Origin: a virus
Taxonomy: Duplodnaviria; Caudoviricetes
Virus record (IMG/VR): IMGVR_UViG_3300007734_000733
Location: 1 to 60,427 of that record
Strand: one strand, 5' to 3'
DNA: 60,427 nt
The translations under genes and the position numbers were made by a program. The notes beneath the pieces were generated by a model, which saw nothing but the letters and a program-made list of their open reading frames with translations, was not told the DNA's origin and made no database searches. Shown here one piece after another: positions 8,439 through 16,816 of the stretch (its first letter is position 1; every line of letters begins with the position of its first letter).

Positions 8439-9007
8439 TAAAACTTCTCCGTTTCGTTTCCAAACACATCCCAGCCCCGGCGGCGGGTTCGTGCGAACAT
8501 TTCTAACCTAGGGACATCCCCGTAAAGATCGATAAGCCACCCAGGCACTTCATCCGGCTTGCGGCTGTGTTCACGCCGGGGGCTGAAGAACTCCTTGCGG
8601 ATGCCGTGGTTAAGAACCGGCAAGCCCTTGCCGCGCTTAAATAGCCAGCACTCCTCACAGCCGCCACCCCGCGTGTGATAGCCCATACCGAATGATAGCT
8701 TCTCTTCCATAGGGAATAGGCGAAGCTGGCCGGGGATGTCTCCCGTCTTTAACCAGCGAAATAACACCGTGACGAACTTAAAGCCCCAAGCTTCGGCTAC
8801 AGTAATCGCATCCGGCAACATTGGGTCGTAAACCCACATAGCCAGCAACGCATCAGCGTTAGCTGATGGCTTAATGGCGCTGATGCCAGCCGTATCGAGC
8901 GTGGAGTAATGCGCGTCTGGGGCGCGGTCTAATCCGGTGGTTTGGTCATACACAGTAAAGGACCACGGCGGGTCAGCGTAGATAAGCGAATATTGCGATG
9001 ACGTCAT
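8438..9007 (-). CDS. MT-A70 family adenine methyltransferase
   Basis: IYADPPW, A.L.MW, AWGF.F.T..F.W.K, GMGYHTR...E, REHSRKP, RLEMFAR..GWDVFGNE. Confidence 0.92.
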   Translation of the reverse strand: MTSSQYSLIYADPPWSFTVYDQTTGLDRAPDAHYSTLDTAGISAIKPSANADALLAMWVYDPMLPDAITVAEAWGFKFVTVLFRWLKTGDIPGQLRLFPMEEKLSFGMGYHTRGGGCEECWLFKRGKGLPVLNHGIRKEFFSPRREHSRKPDEVPGWLIDLYGDVPRLEMFARTRRRGWDVFGNETEKF

Positions 9008-9137
9008 ACACACACACTGCATACGGAGTGTGGATGGGTCAAACCAATTTTGTAAAAAAAAAATGGGGAATGGGGGCGAGGGGGTTAACTTTAACACCGC
9101 GACCGCCGCGCCGCCGCCGAATGGCCTCCGTGGGGTC

Positions 9138-9318
9138 CATAGCAAGCTATCCTATAGCTACCGATCCATAGTCGGCTATCCATAGCTCGCTATGCGATTT
9201 GGCGGATGCATAGCTTGCTATCCATAGCCGACCATTCAATAGCTTGCTATCCATAGCTTGCTATCCATAGCTTGCTATCCATAGCTTGCTATCCATAGCT
9301 CGCTATCCATAGCCGACC
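9138..9318. repeat. Tandem array of the 14-mer ATAGCTTGCTATCC and variants
   Basis: Four perfect copies at 9239-9294 plus degenerate flanking copies. The unit is internally palindromic (ATAGC-tt-GCTAT). Confidence 0.95.
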
Positions 9319-9423
9319 ATGCACTCAACACGCGAGTGCCCGAGCTATGCTGCGCTGCGGGAGAAACCAGCGCACATATGCTGCACTGCGGGAGCCGGCG
9401 ATAGTGATCCCGATGCAAAACAG

Positions 9424-9484
9424 CTAACCCATTGAAATCGTTATTATATCACTTTTGATATAAGTATTCTAACCCATTGAAATC
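9424..9484. promoter_or_regulatory. Direct repeat CTAACCCATTGAAATC x2, IHF-site-like
   Basis: Copies at 9424-9439 and 9469-9484, one mismatch from YAANNNNTTGATW. Confidence 0.45.
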
Positions 9485-9793
9485 ATTGCATAATTTCGAT
9501 GAGAACAAACAGTGGACAAATCGCGAGCATGGGGTGTCAGGCACAGAGGTGACACTTTGTCGCATGCTCACCCACGGGCCTCCCAGGCCATCCTAGGGCA
9601 TGCCCATTGCGCGAACGAATGTTGCGCGTATAATCCACCCGCTCGCATGCTCCCGTCGACGGCCATGCCAGCAGCACCCCTCGTCGCCCGTAACACCCCC
9701 GAAAAACATACGTACATATATATGTGTGACAACTTGCCACGTGTGATAAGATGTCACCGGGCAATACTGCCTTGAACCGAACCGGAGTCGTAA

Positions 9794-10831
9794 ATGTCGA
9801 ACGTAAACGCAACCGAACTAGCACAGGTAATCACACGTCACTGCGCACTGAACCAGCCGTGCTTCACGTGGGGCGATGCTGGCCTTGGCAAGTCCACGAT
9901 CCATCGCACTGCCGCAGCCAGCCTTGGCATGCGGTTCATCGACTATCGGCTGTCGCAAGTCGATGGAGTCGATATTGCTGGCTATAAGAGCATCGTAAAC
10001 GGCAGGACGATCAGCAGCGCCCCAGAAGGGCTGCCGGACTCTGATGATCAGACTCCCACGCTGATTCTATTTGACGAAATTAACCGCGCGAACAAGAGCG
10101 CGCTGTCAGCTGTAATGTCACTGTTTACAGAGCGCACGCTGTCGGGGGGCTATCGCCTGCCTGATGCCGTGAGACTCTTTGCAGCAGGAAACAGGCAGCA
10201 GGATGATGGCAGCGTGGCCAAGCTGTCGGTCCCGATGATCGATAGATTCGGCCACTACACGATTCTGCCTGACCTTGACTCATGGGTTAACGACTTCGCG
10301 AAGCCTGCCGGTATCGCGCATGAAGTGATCGGCTTTCACCGAGGTAATGATGGGTCCATGCTCCACATCACTGACCCCAAACGCCTGTGCCTGCCAGTGA
10401 CCACCCCCAGGGGCTGGGAGTCTGTCTCAAAGATTCTGCAAGCCTTCCCAGCTGATCAGCTGCGCAAAAAGATGATCGCGGCACGCATTGGTGATGGCCC
10501 TGCCGCAGCCTTTCAAGCGCACCTGACCCTGCTGGAAAATATGGTCACGCCATCACAAGTATTAGATAACCCTGACAGCGCACCTATCCCTGAGTCCCCT
10601 GGCGTGCTGTACACCATCGCGGAGGCCCTGGCACGCAGGTGCAGCCAAGCGCAGCAGCAGGCCCCCACAGCCCCCCGCGCGCCTGTGGCACAGGCTTGGG
10701 CTGCTGCCATGCAATACGCCCAACGCCTGCCTTCTGAGTACCGGGCTGTCATGGTCAGCAGCGCGACAGCCCTGTGTCCCGATCTCAAAAATACCGCCAC
10801 TTACATCGCCTTCGTAACGTCTAACCAGTAA
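9794..10831 (+). CDS. MoxR-like AAA+ ATPase
   Basis: Walker A GDAGLGKS, Walker B ILFDEINRA, AAGN sensor, DRF arginine finger, TPRGW. Confidence 0.9.
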   Translation: MSNVNATELAQVITRHCALNQPCFTWGDAGLGKSTIHRTAAASLGMRFIDYRLSQVDGVDIAGYKSIVNGRTISSAPEGLPDSDDQTPTLILFDEINRANKSALSAVMSLFTERTLSGGYRLPDAVRLFAAGNRQQDDGSVAKLSVPMIDRFGHYTILPDLDSWVNDFAKPAGIAHEVIGFHRGNDGSMLHITDPKRLCLPVTTPRGWESVSKILQAFPADQLRKKMIAARIGDGPAAAFQAHLTLLENMVTPSQVLDNPDSAPIPESPGVLYTIAEALARRCSQAQQQAPTAPRAPVAQAWAAAMQYAQRLPSEYRAVMVSSATALCPDLKNTATYIAFVTSNQ

Positions 10832-10848
10832 CCAAAGGAATCGGAATC

Positions 10849-11736
10849 ATGACTAAATCCAGTCTCTCAGAATCTGCGCTGCTCGTGTCTCTAACCGTGT
10901 CCATGTGGAGTGGCGTCAAGCTTGATAAGTCACTGGCCACTGAGGTCGAATTGCAACACGGCATGGGTGCGAACAGCGGGAAATACTCCAAGAATCTGCT
11001 GACAAAAGACGCGTTGAAAAACGCTATCGCAGCCAGTGGTGCGCTGCGCACGTACGTGCGCGAACAGACCAGCCCTTGGCTGGACGGTGGCGTGCGCATC
11101 TTGGCTGCCGTTAACTACGCCAAGGCGAACGAACGCATCACGAATCTCATCGATGACTTTGAAGCAGCTGCGCAGAATCTTTGCGCACGCCTGCCGGAAG
11201 AAAAGGCTGCCGCACGTGTGCGTTTGAACGGCAGCTATCGCGACTCTGATTACCCTGATGATCTGCGCGCTAAATTTAGCGCAGCTGTGCGCTATTTCCC
11301 GCTGCCCGACGAGCGCGACTTTCGAGTCCAGGCAGGCGAAAAGATCACAGCAGCAGAACGTGCGACATTGCAGGCTGGTTTTGCCAAGGGGCTACAAGAG
11401 GCCGAGTCCGCTGCCATAGCTGACATCTGGGGTAAGCTTGCTGGCCCTGTGGCTGCCATGGCTGGGAGCCTTGTGGACTACACTCCCGCGACAGCGACCA
11501 CCAAGGCTGTGGCCCCCTTCCGTGACAGCCTAGTCAGCAATATCCAAAACATTGTGGACCTGATTCCTAACCTAGACTTTAGCTCTAATCCTGACCTTGA
11601 GCGCGTGCGGCAGCAGGTACGCGATACCCTGCTGGTCTGCACGCCAGCAGCCCTGCGCGACGACTCAACCCTGCGCGCTGATGTCGCAGCCAGGGCTGCG
11701 AAGATCGCTGCTGATATCGCTGAATTGACAGCATAG
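10849..11736 (+). CDS. DUF3150-like helical protein associated with AAA/VWA operons
   Basis: LV.LTVS.WSG.KLD, SK.LL, T.PW...G.RIL, DYP....KF, FRDSLV.N. Position between the AAA and VWA genes. Confidence 0.65.
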   Translation: MTKSSLSESALLVSLTVSMWSGVKLDKSLATEVELQHGMGANSGKYSKNLLTKDALKNAIAASGALRTYVREQTSPWLDGGVRILAAVNYAKANERITNLIDDFEAAAQNLCARLPEEKAAARVRLNGSYRDSDYPDDLRAKFSAAVRYFPLPDERDFRVQAGEKITAAERATLQAGFAKGLQEAESAAIADIWGKLAGPVAAMAGSLVDYTPATATTKAVAPFRDSLVSNIQNIVDLIPNLDFSSNPDLERVRQQVRDTLLVCTPAALRDDSTLRADVAARAAKIAADIAELTA

Positions 11737-11741
11737 GGGCC

Positions 11742-13073
11742 ATGATCATGAACGCCTTAAGACTCACGCCTGCAATGGCCCGCTGCATCAAGATGCGGCA
11801 GCGGCTGCTGGAATCAGATTCCAACGGATTCTTTGGGCAGCTGTTGCTGAATCTAAGACTCGTGGAAGATGACTCGATACAGACAGCTGCTGTGGATATG
11901 GACCACCTATACTTCAATCCAACCTACGTGCTGGGGCTGCCCCTGCCACAGCTGATGGGGCTGCTGTGGCACGAAACACTGCACCCTGCCTTGGGGCATC
12001 TAACACGTGGCCATGATCGCGACCCTGCACAGTGGAACGAAGCCTGCGATTTTATCATTAACCAGATCGTGACCAGCCGTGGGGGGGTGCTGCCCCCTGG
12101 GGCGCTGATAGACTCACGTTATGCTGGTCTGTCGGCCGAACAGATATACAGCCGTCGAAACGGCCAGGGCCAGGGCAACAGGCAGCAGCCCCAGCCCCAG
12201 CCCCAGCAGGGCCAGCAGGGCCAGCAAGGCCAAGGCCAGGGTCAGGGCCAGGGCCAGGGCCAGGGCCAGGGTCAGCCCCAGCCCCAGCCCCAAGGCCAGC
12301 AGCCCCAGGGCCAAGGCCAAGGCCAGGGTCAGGGCCAAGGTCAGCAGGGGCCAGGGCCAGGGGGCAAGGCTGCTGGCGGCACTGTGCAGCATCAAGGCGA
12401 CAGCTGTGGCGGGTTCAAGGTGGTTGCCCAAGAAGGCACTGCCAAGGCTGCCGATGCGCAGGCTGTGTGGGTCGAACGCATTGCCAGTGCTGCGCGTGCT
12501 AGCAGCATGGCTGGCAAGCTTCCCTCTGATGTAGCCACCCTGATCCAGTCTGTACTGGCCCCCAAGGCCACGCCTGAGTCACTGATCCAGGGATTCTTTA
12601 TGGATCAGCGCAGCGACGAGTCCACGTGGTCAAGACGCAATAAGCGGGTGTCTCACATGATGCTGCCAGGGCCAGCCAGGGACGAAATGGGCTGTCTCGT
12701 GGTGGCCATCGATGTCAGCGCAAGCATCTCAGCCACAGCCCTGCGCACGTTTGCTGGCATGCTTAAGCTACTAATCGACACTGTGCAGGCTGAGGAGATT
12801 CACGTGATTACGTGTAATACCAAGGTAACAGGCTGCCGCACCTATCAGCGCAACGAAGAGATCGGCTTGGATTTTTACGGCAGTGGTGGCACAGCCTTCG
12901 GCCCTGTTTTTGAACATATTGCGCAGGCAGGCTGGCAGCCTGCTGGGCTGATATATCTGACAGACCTAGATTGCCATGATGCTCCCGCCGCTGACCCTGG
13001 TTACCCTGTATGCTGGGCCACTTATGACGCCAGCAGGCGCGCCCCCTTCGGGCTGGAAGTCAAAATAGACTAA
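11742..13073 (+). CDS. DUF2201-type metallopeptidase fused to a VWA domain, with a Gln/Gly/Pro linker
   Basis: TAAVD, HETLH (HExxH), WNEACD..IN, MIDAS DVSAS...GGT...TD. QG/QP repeat at about 12160-12365. Confidence 0.88.
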   Translation: MIMNALRLTPAMARCIKMRQRLLESDSNGFFGQLLLNLRLVEDDSIQTAAVDMDHLYFNPTYVLGLPLPQLMGLLWHETLHPALGHLTRGHDRDPAQWNEACDFIINQIVTSRGGVLPPGALIDSRYAGLSAEQIYSRRNGQGQGNRQQPQPQPQQGQQGQQGQGQGQGQGQGQGQGQPQPQPQGQQPQGQGQGQGQGQGQQGPGPGGKAAGGTVQHQGDSCGGFKVVAQEGTAKAADAQAVWVERIASAARASSMAGKLPSDVATLIQSVLAPKATPESLIQGFFMDQRSDESTWSRRNKRVSHMMLPGPARDEMGCLVVAIDVSASISATALRTFAGMLKLLIDTVQAEEIHVITCNTKVTGCRTYQRNEEIGLDFYGSGGTAFGPVFEHIAQAGWQPAGLIYLTDLDCHDAPAADPGYPVCWATYDASRRAPFGLEVKID

Positions 13074-13093
13074 CCCGCATCAGACTTAAGATG

Positions 13094-13122
13094 GGGGCCA
13101 CGCTTTGTGGCCCCTTTCTTTT
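13094..13122 (+). terminator. Intrinsic terminator
   Basis: GGGGCCAC-gcttt-GTGGCCCC followed by TTTCTTTT directly after the operon. Confidence 0.8.
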
Positions 13123-13130
13123 GTCTACTT

Positions 13131-13498
13131 GGACCTTGGCCTTGGGCCTTGGACCTTGGCCTAGGGCCTTGGACCTTGGACCTTGGGGCCTAGGGCCTTG
13201 GACCTAGGGCCTTGGGCCTTGGACCTTGGACCTTGGCCTAGGGCCTTGGACCTTGGACCTTGGGGCCTAGGGCCTTGGACCTAGGGCCTTGGGCCTTGGA
13301 CCTTGGGCCTAGGGCCTTGGACCTTGGACCTTGGACCTTGGGGCCTAGGGCCTAGGGCCTTGGGGCCTTTGACCTAGAGCCCTTGTGGCCTGCCTGCCTG
13401 CCTGCTGCCCTTGGCCTGCCTGCCCTTGGACCTTGGACCTTGGACCTTGGACCTTGGGCCTGCCTGCCTGCCTGCCCTGCCTGCCTGCTATCCCTGCC
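13131..13498. repeat. Heptamer array GG(A/G)CCT(T/A) grading into (CCTG)n
   Basis: Dozens of units, with a roughly 70-bp higher-order duplication visible. Confidence 0.95.
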
Positions 13499-13805
13499 AC
13501 AGGCCTGCGGCATGGCATGTCTGAATCAGGTGACTCATGGCGTGCTGGATATCAACACCAGCACGCGACCTCTTCGGATGCCGCGATCTCCAATATCCAG
13601 AATCAGGGTATAGCGACAGTAGATAAGCTATCCCATGCAATTGATTTGCCCTTAGAATCTGTATGACTCCATCCTGGCGCTGAATCACGTAGCGCCTTTC
13701 CCCTGCCGTTGTTGTTGCCTCCACAAATCCCAGGCACACGTAGACCGGCACTATTCGCTTAATAGCTACTATTTTGGATGTTTCGGACTCTAAATTTAAG
13801 CTCAT
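13488..13805 (-). CDS. Hypothetical protein resembling an isolated primase-helicase internal domain
   Basis: TAAGGA RBS. The motif LL.L.P...W...P....D...A...LI..C...G is recalled from phage primase-helicases. Confidence 0.5.
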   Translation of the reverse strand: MSLNLESETSKIVAIKRIVPVYVCLGFVEATTTAGERRYVIQRQDGVIQILRANQLHGIAYLLSLYPDSGYWRSRHPKRSRAGVDIQHAMSHLIQTCHAAGLWQG

Positions 13806-13818
13806 TTTATCCTTATAT

Positions 13819-13916
13819 CATTAGTCCGGTTCCATTAGTCCGGTTCCATTAGTCCGGTTCCATTAGTCCGGTTCCATTAGTCCGGTTCCATTAGTCCGGT
13901 TCCATTAGTCCGGTCC
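13819..13916. repeat. Tandem array CATTAGTCCGGTTC x6 plus one variant
   Basis: Read directly from the sequence. Confidence 0.97.
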
Positions 13917-13919
13917 CTT

Positions 13920-14310
13920 TAGCCCCCTTACCCCCTTACCCTTATTCATTACCCTTATTCATTCTAATAAGGGTACAGCAATATCAATGACTTAGACCCT
14001 TATTAGTTTTTTTAACTAAATCAAAAAAACATCACATAAACCATTGTTATAATTAACAAATTTAACAACAACTATGACATTGTGCGGGCTTATTAGTAGT
14101 GAATAAGCCCCCCCCCCCACCCAGCTAACTAAAAAAACCAGTTAATATTAACACATAGAACATAAGTAGAACATCCGGGGTGACCACCTCTCTACTATTA
14201 TCTATAATAAGTATATAATAATAAAGATAGTACAGTAATCATTGAACAACTGACCCCCCCCATATCAGTTTGACATACCCCTTATTAAGGCACTAATAAG
14301 CCCCCCCCTG
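13920..14310. promoter_or_regulatory. AT-rich origin-like region with three CTTATT-N6-8-AATAAG palindromes and an IHF consensus
   Basis: Palindromes at 13950-13975, 14086-14110 and 14281-14300. TATCAATGACTTA at 13982-13994. C-tracts, no ORF. Confidence 0.5.
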
Positions 14311-14444
14311 CACAGCGTTGTTCCGCGCGCTGTAAATCCTAATAGGATAACAGCATTAAACATTACAACCACGTAATTCAATACACACTTTACACCCGCG
14401 CATGGCTATGACCTTATGACACCACTGAACCCGAACGAAGGAAA

Positions 14445-14636
14445 ATGACAATGACCACCCGCCCTTGCCCCTGCGGCTCCGGTAAAAGCTCGTCCTGGGC
14501 ACATGATGCCAGGGGAATACCCCTGTGCCGCACCTGTGACGATTGCCACGACAAAAAGATGAAGACCTACCGGCCTGATGTGCTGTCTGACCCTAACTAC
14601 TGGGCCGACGAACCCATCGAAGCCGACAACTGGTAA
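14445..14636 (+). CDS. Small zinc-binding protein with a SEC-C-like CPCGSG motif
   Basis: CPCGSGK...DARGI.LC..C..C. AAGGA RBS. Confidence 0.7.
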   Translation: MTMTTRPCPCGSGKSSSWAHDARGIPLCRTCDDCHDKKMKTYRPDVLSDPNYWADEPIEADNW

Positions 14637-14661
14637 ACTCTCACCACAAGGACACCCCCAC

Positions 14662-14937
14662 ATGACCACCACCACCCACACCCCCGGCCCGTGGGTCTAC
14701 ACCCGCCAAGTTGGCATCAATCACGGTATAGCCACGGTCGATGATGCAAAGTCCACCGTAGGGTGGAGGTCGGTAGCGACCGCCGCGTCAGCAGCCAACG
14801 CCCGATTGATCGCCGCCGCGCCTGAGATGCTGGCGGCTCTGGAAGATGCAAAGCTTTGGCTCGACTCAGATGATGCTGGAGACAAAGTTGTAGTTGCCAA
14901 AATTAATGCCGCCATCACCCGCGCGGGGGGTAAGTAA
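14662..14937 (+). CDS. Phage early protein (HTPGPW...ANARLIAAAPE family)
   Basis: Characteristic motifs and AAGGA RBS. Confidence 0.75.
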   Translation: MTTTTHTPGPWVYTRQVGINHGIATVDDAKSTVGWRSVATAASAANARLIAAAPEMLAALEDAKLWLDSDDAGDKVVVAKINAAITRAGGK

Positions 14938-14969
14938 ATGACCCTCCGCCATCACGACGACCACCCAAC

Positions 14970-15239
14970 ATGGGGAGCCTACTGAAAGTGGAAAACAAAT
15001 CTTTAGAGGCCCTGCGGGGCGAGGTCGGTGGTGTTGCCAAGTCGGCACTCAAGTTGCTGGACCGTCTCGAGCGGCACCGTGGGCTTTCCACCCGAGCGAT
15101 CTACGGGTGGGGCCAGTTGGTCCACAAGAACGGCACCACCGGAAACCGTCTCTACGAACAGTACCTGTCCAACATGGACAAGTGCGATGCCGTGGCCGCC
15201 GAACTCCGCGCCCTTTTAGGGGGCCGCTCCCATGACTGA
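14970..15239 (+). CDS. Hypothetical protein
   Basis: Co-oriented ORF overlapping the next gene. Start uncertain. Confidence 0.5.
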   Translation: MGSLLKVENKSLEALRGEVGGVAKSALKLLDRLERHRGLSTRAIYGWGQLVHKNGTTGNRLYEQYLSNMDKCDAVAAELRALLGGRSHD

Positions 15240-15552
15240 AGAAGCCTCCGCTCCGCTAGGACTGACCGATCTGATGAAACGCGCGATTGCCGACTACGGC
15301 CCCGGCGACAGCAACTTTGTTGATCTGTACGTCGCGCTCACAGTTGGCGAGTGCCGCGAAGTCCTTTCAGCGGTCGAGTCCAAAGGGGAACTGCGGGAGT
15401 TGCTCCGCGAATATGTCCACTTCAGCCCCGCATTTTACTCCAAGCCGATGGGTGCGCCGGGCTCAGAAATCCGTGCGGGCCAAGAATATCACATCGCCCT
15501 CGAAGAACGAGCCCGCGCCGCCATTGCCCGCGCCACAGGCGTAGCACCATGA
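15232..15552 (+). CDS. Hypothetical protein
   Basis: Coupled ORF with a RARAAIARATG tail typical of phage early genes. Confidence 0.65.
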   Translation: MTEEASAPLGLTDLMKRAIADYGPGDSNFVDLYVALTVGECREVLSAVESKGELRELLREYVHFSPAFYSKPMGAPGSEIRAGQEYHIALEERARAAIARATGVAP

Positions 15553-15635
15553 CCCCCGCCCTTCGCGCCCAACTATACCTGCGCCTAGCCCTGCTGCTGG
15601 CCCTTGTGGTTTACGCCCTACAGGCCACGCCATGA
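15549..15635 (+). CDS. Membrane micropeptide, 28 aa
   Basis: MTPALRAQLYLRLALLLALVVYALQATP, with ATGA overlaps at both ends. Confidence 0.5.
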   Translation: MTPALRAQLYLRLALLLALVVYALQATP

Positions 15636-15715
15636 CCCGCGAAATTGTCATCAGCGCCCTAGGCGCACTCGGCTTCGCCCTCCTGCTTTATATGCTGTTA
15701 GTAGTTACACCATGA
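15632..15715 (+). CDS. Membrane micropeptide, 27 aa
   Basis: MTREIVISALGALGFALLLYMLLVVTP, with ATGA overlaps at both ends. Confidence 0.5.
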   Translation: MTREIVISALGALGFALLLYMLLVVTP

Positions 15716-16179
15716 ATATCTTTGCCCTAGATGAGAACCCGGCCACTGCCGCTGGCTGGCACAGCGACCGGCATGTGGTGAAAATGACGTTGGAAACGGC
15801 GCAGATACTATCCACCGTCCATCACGCATTTGGAAACCCAGTCAGATATAAACCGACTCACCCAAAGCACCCCTGCACGATCTGGGCAGGCGCGTCTGTC
15901 GCCAACTACCGTTGGCTGCTGGCCCTGGGGATGGCCCTGGGGGCTGAATACACGGTGCGCTACGGCAAGACCCACGCCTGTGCCGCGCTGTTCGACGGTG
16001 AACTATCCAACCCGCCGCCGCTTTTGACGGGCGATATCCAAACACCCTTCGCGCTGGCTATGCCCGATGCGTGCAAACACACCGATCCAGTTGAATCATA
16101 TCGGGCTTACTATCAACGCAAAAAAGACGACCACGCATGGATGACTTGGAAAAGCAGCCCCCCTGCTTGGCTCGTGTGA
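15712..16179 (+). CDS. Pyrimidine-dimer DNA glycosylase / endonuclease V-like protein
   Basis: MNIF.LD..P...A..H.D.HVVKM.LE.AQ.LST, YK.TH.KHPC..W, NY.WL, EY..RYGK.H, AMPD, YR.YY. Confidence 0.82.
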   Translation: MNIFALDENPATAAGWHSDRHVVKMTLETAQILSTVHHAFGNPVRYKPTHPKHPCTIWAGASVANYRWLLALGMALGAEYTVRYGKTHACAALFDGELSNPPPLLTGDIQTPFALAMPDACKHTDPVESYRAYYQRKKDDHAWMTWKSSPPAWLV

Positions 16180-16313
16180 CCTCTTGTATGACCTATTGAC
16201 ACCGTGACGTTCTGCGCTTACTCGTTGTACATATTGTAAATTGGTTTGTCGCCCATTGCACAGTTATCGCTGTGCAATAAGAGACAAATTAAAACCCAAA
16301 CGGAGCAAAAATC

Positions 16314-16742
16314 ATGAGCACACAAATCAACGGATTGCCGATTTTTAATGCCACAAGAAAATTATTTCTGAACATCACGAAGACCGACATCAAACGCTCT
16401 AAAGTAAAGCGTCCTGATTGCTGTGCTGTCGCCCAAGCATGCAAACGCCAACTTAACGCCAAAGAAGTCCGAGTACATTTGTCGCGTTTATATGTGCGGC
16501 TGGACTCAAAAAAGTGGCTTCGCTTTGAAACTCCCTCCGCGCTGCGCGACGAGATTGTTGCATTTGACCGAGGTGGTTCGTTCTCTGAAGGCCGGTTTAT
16601 CATAAACCCGCCAACCGACACGCGATATCTAACTGGCAAGAAACAAAGCCATTCGGCTGATGGTGATCGTACCAAGCACCGCAAGCGGAGCGGCCAACCG
16701 AACAAGATTCTAACGGATGTTCGTGCCGCTTCGCACTACTAG
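16314..16742 (+). CDS. Basic hypothetical protein, paralog A
   Basis: Shares P..C.VA.ACKR.L.AKEVRVHL.R.YV...W.R..TP..LR.EI.AFDRGGSF with the next gene. Confidence 0.8.
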   Translation: MSTQINGLPIFNATRKLFLNITKTDIKRSKVKRPDCCAVAQACKRQLNAKEVRVHLSRLYVRLDSKKWLRFETPSALRDEIVAFDRGGSFSEGRFIINPPTDTRYLTGKKQSHSADGDRTKHRKRSGQPNKILTDVRAASHY

Positions 16743-16816
16743 ATATTCACTCAATGGCTCGTTTCAACAACGAGCCATTACGAGAAAATCTAGAAACCTA
16801 AACAGGAGTATACAAA

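Noticed and set aside
13383-13666. ORFs translated from the repeat array
   Set aside because: Low-complexity products of the heptamer and CCTG repeats, downstream of a terminator, with no RBS.
13819-13916. Tandem arrays as CRISPR
   Set aside because: Units are 7-14 bp and directly adjacent with no unique spacers, and there is no cas operon.
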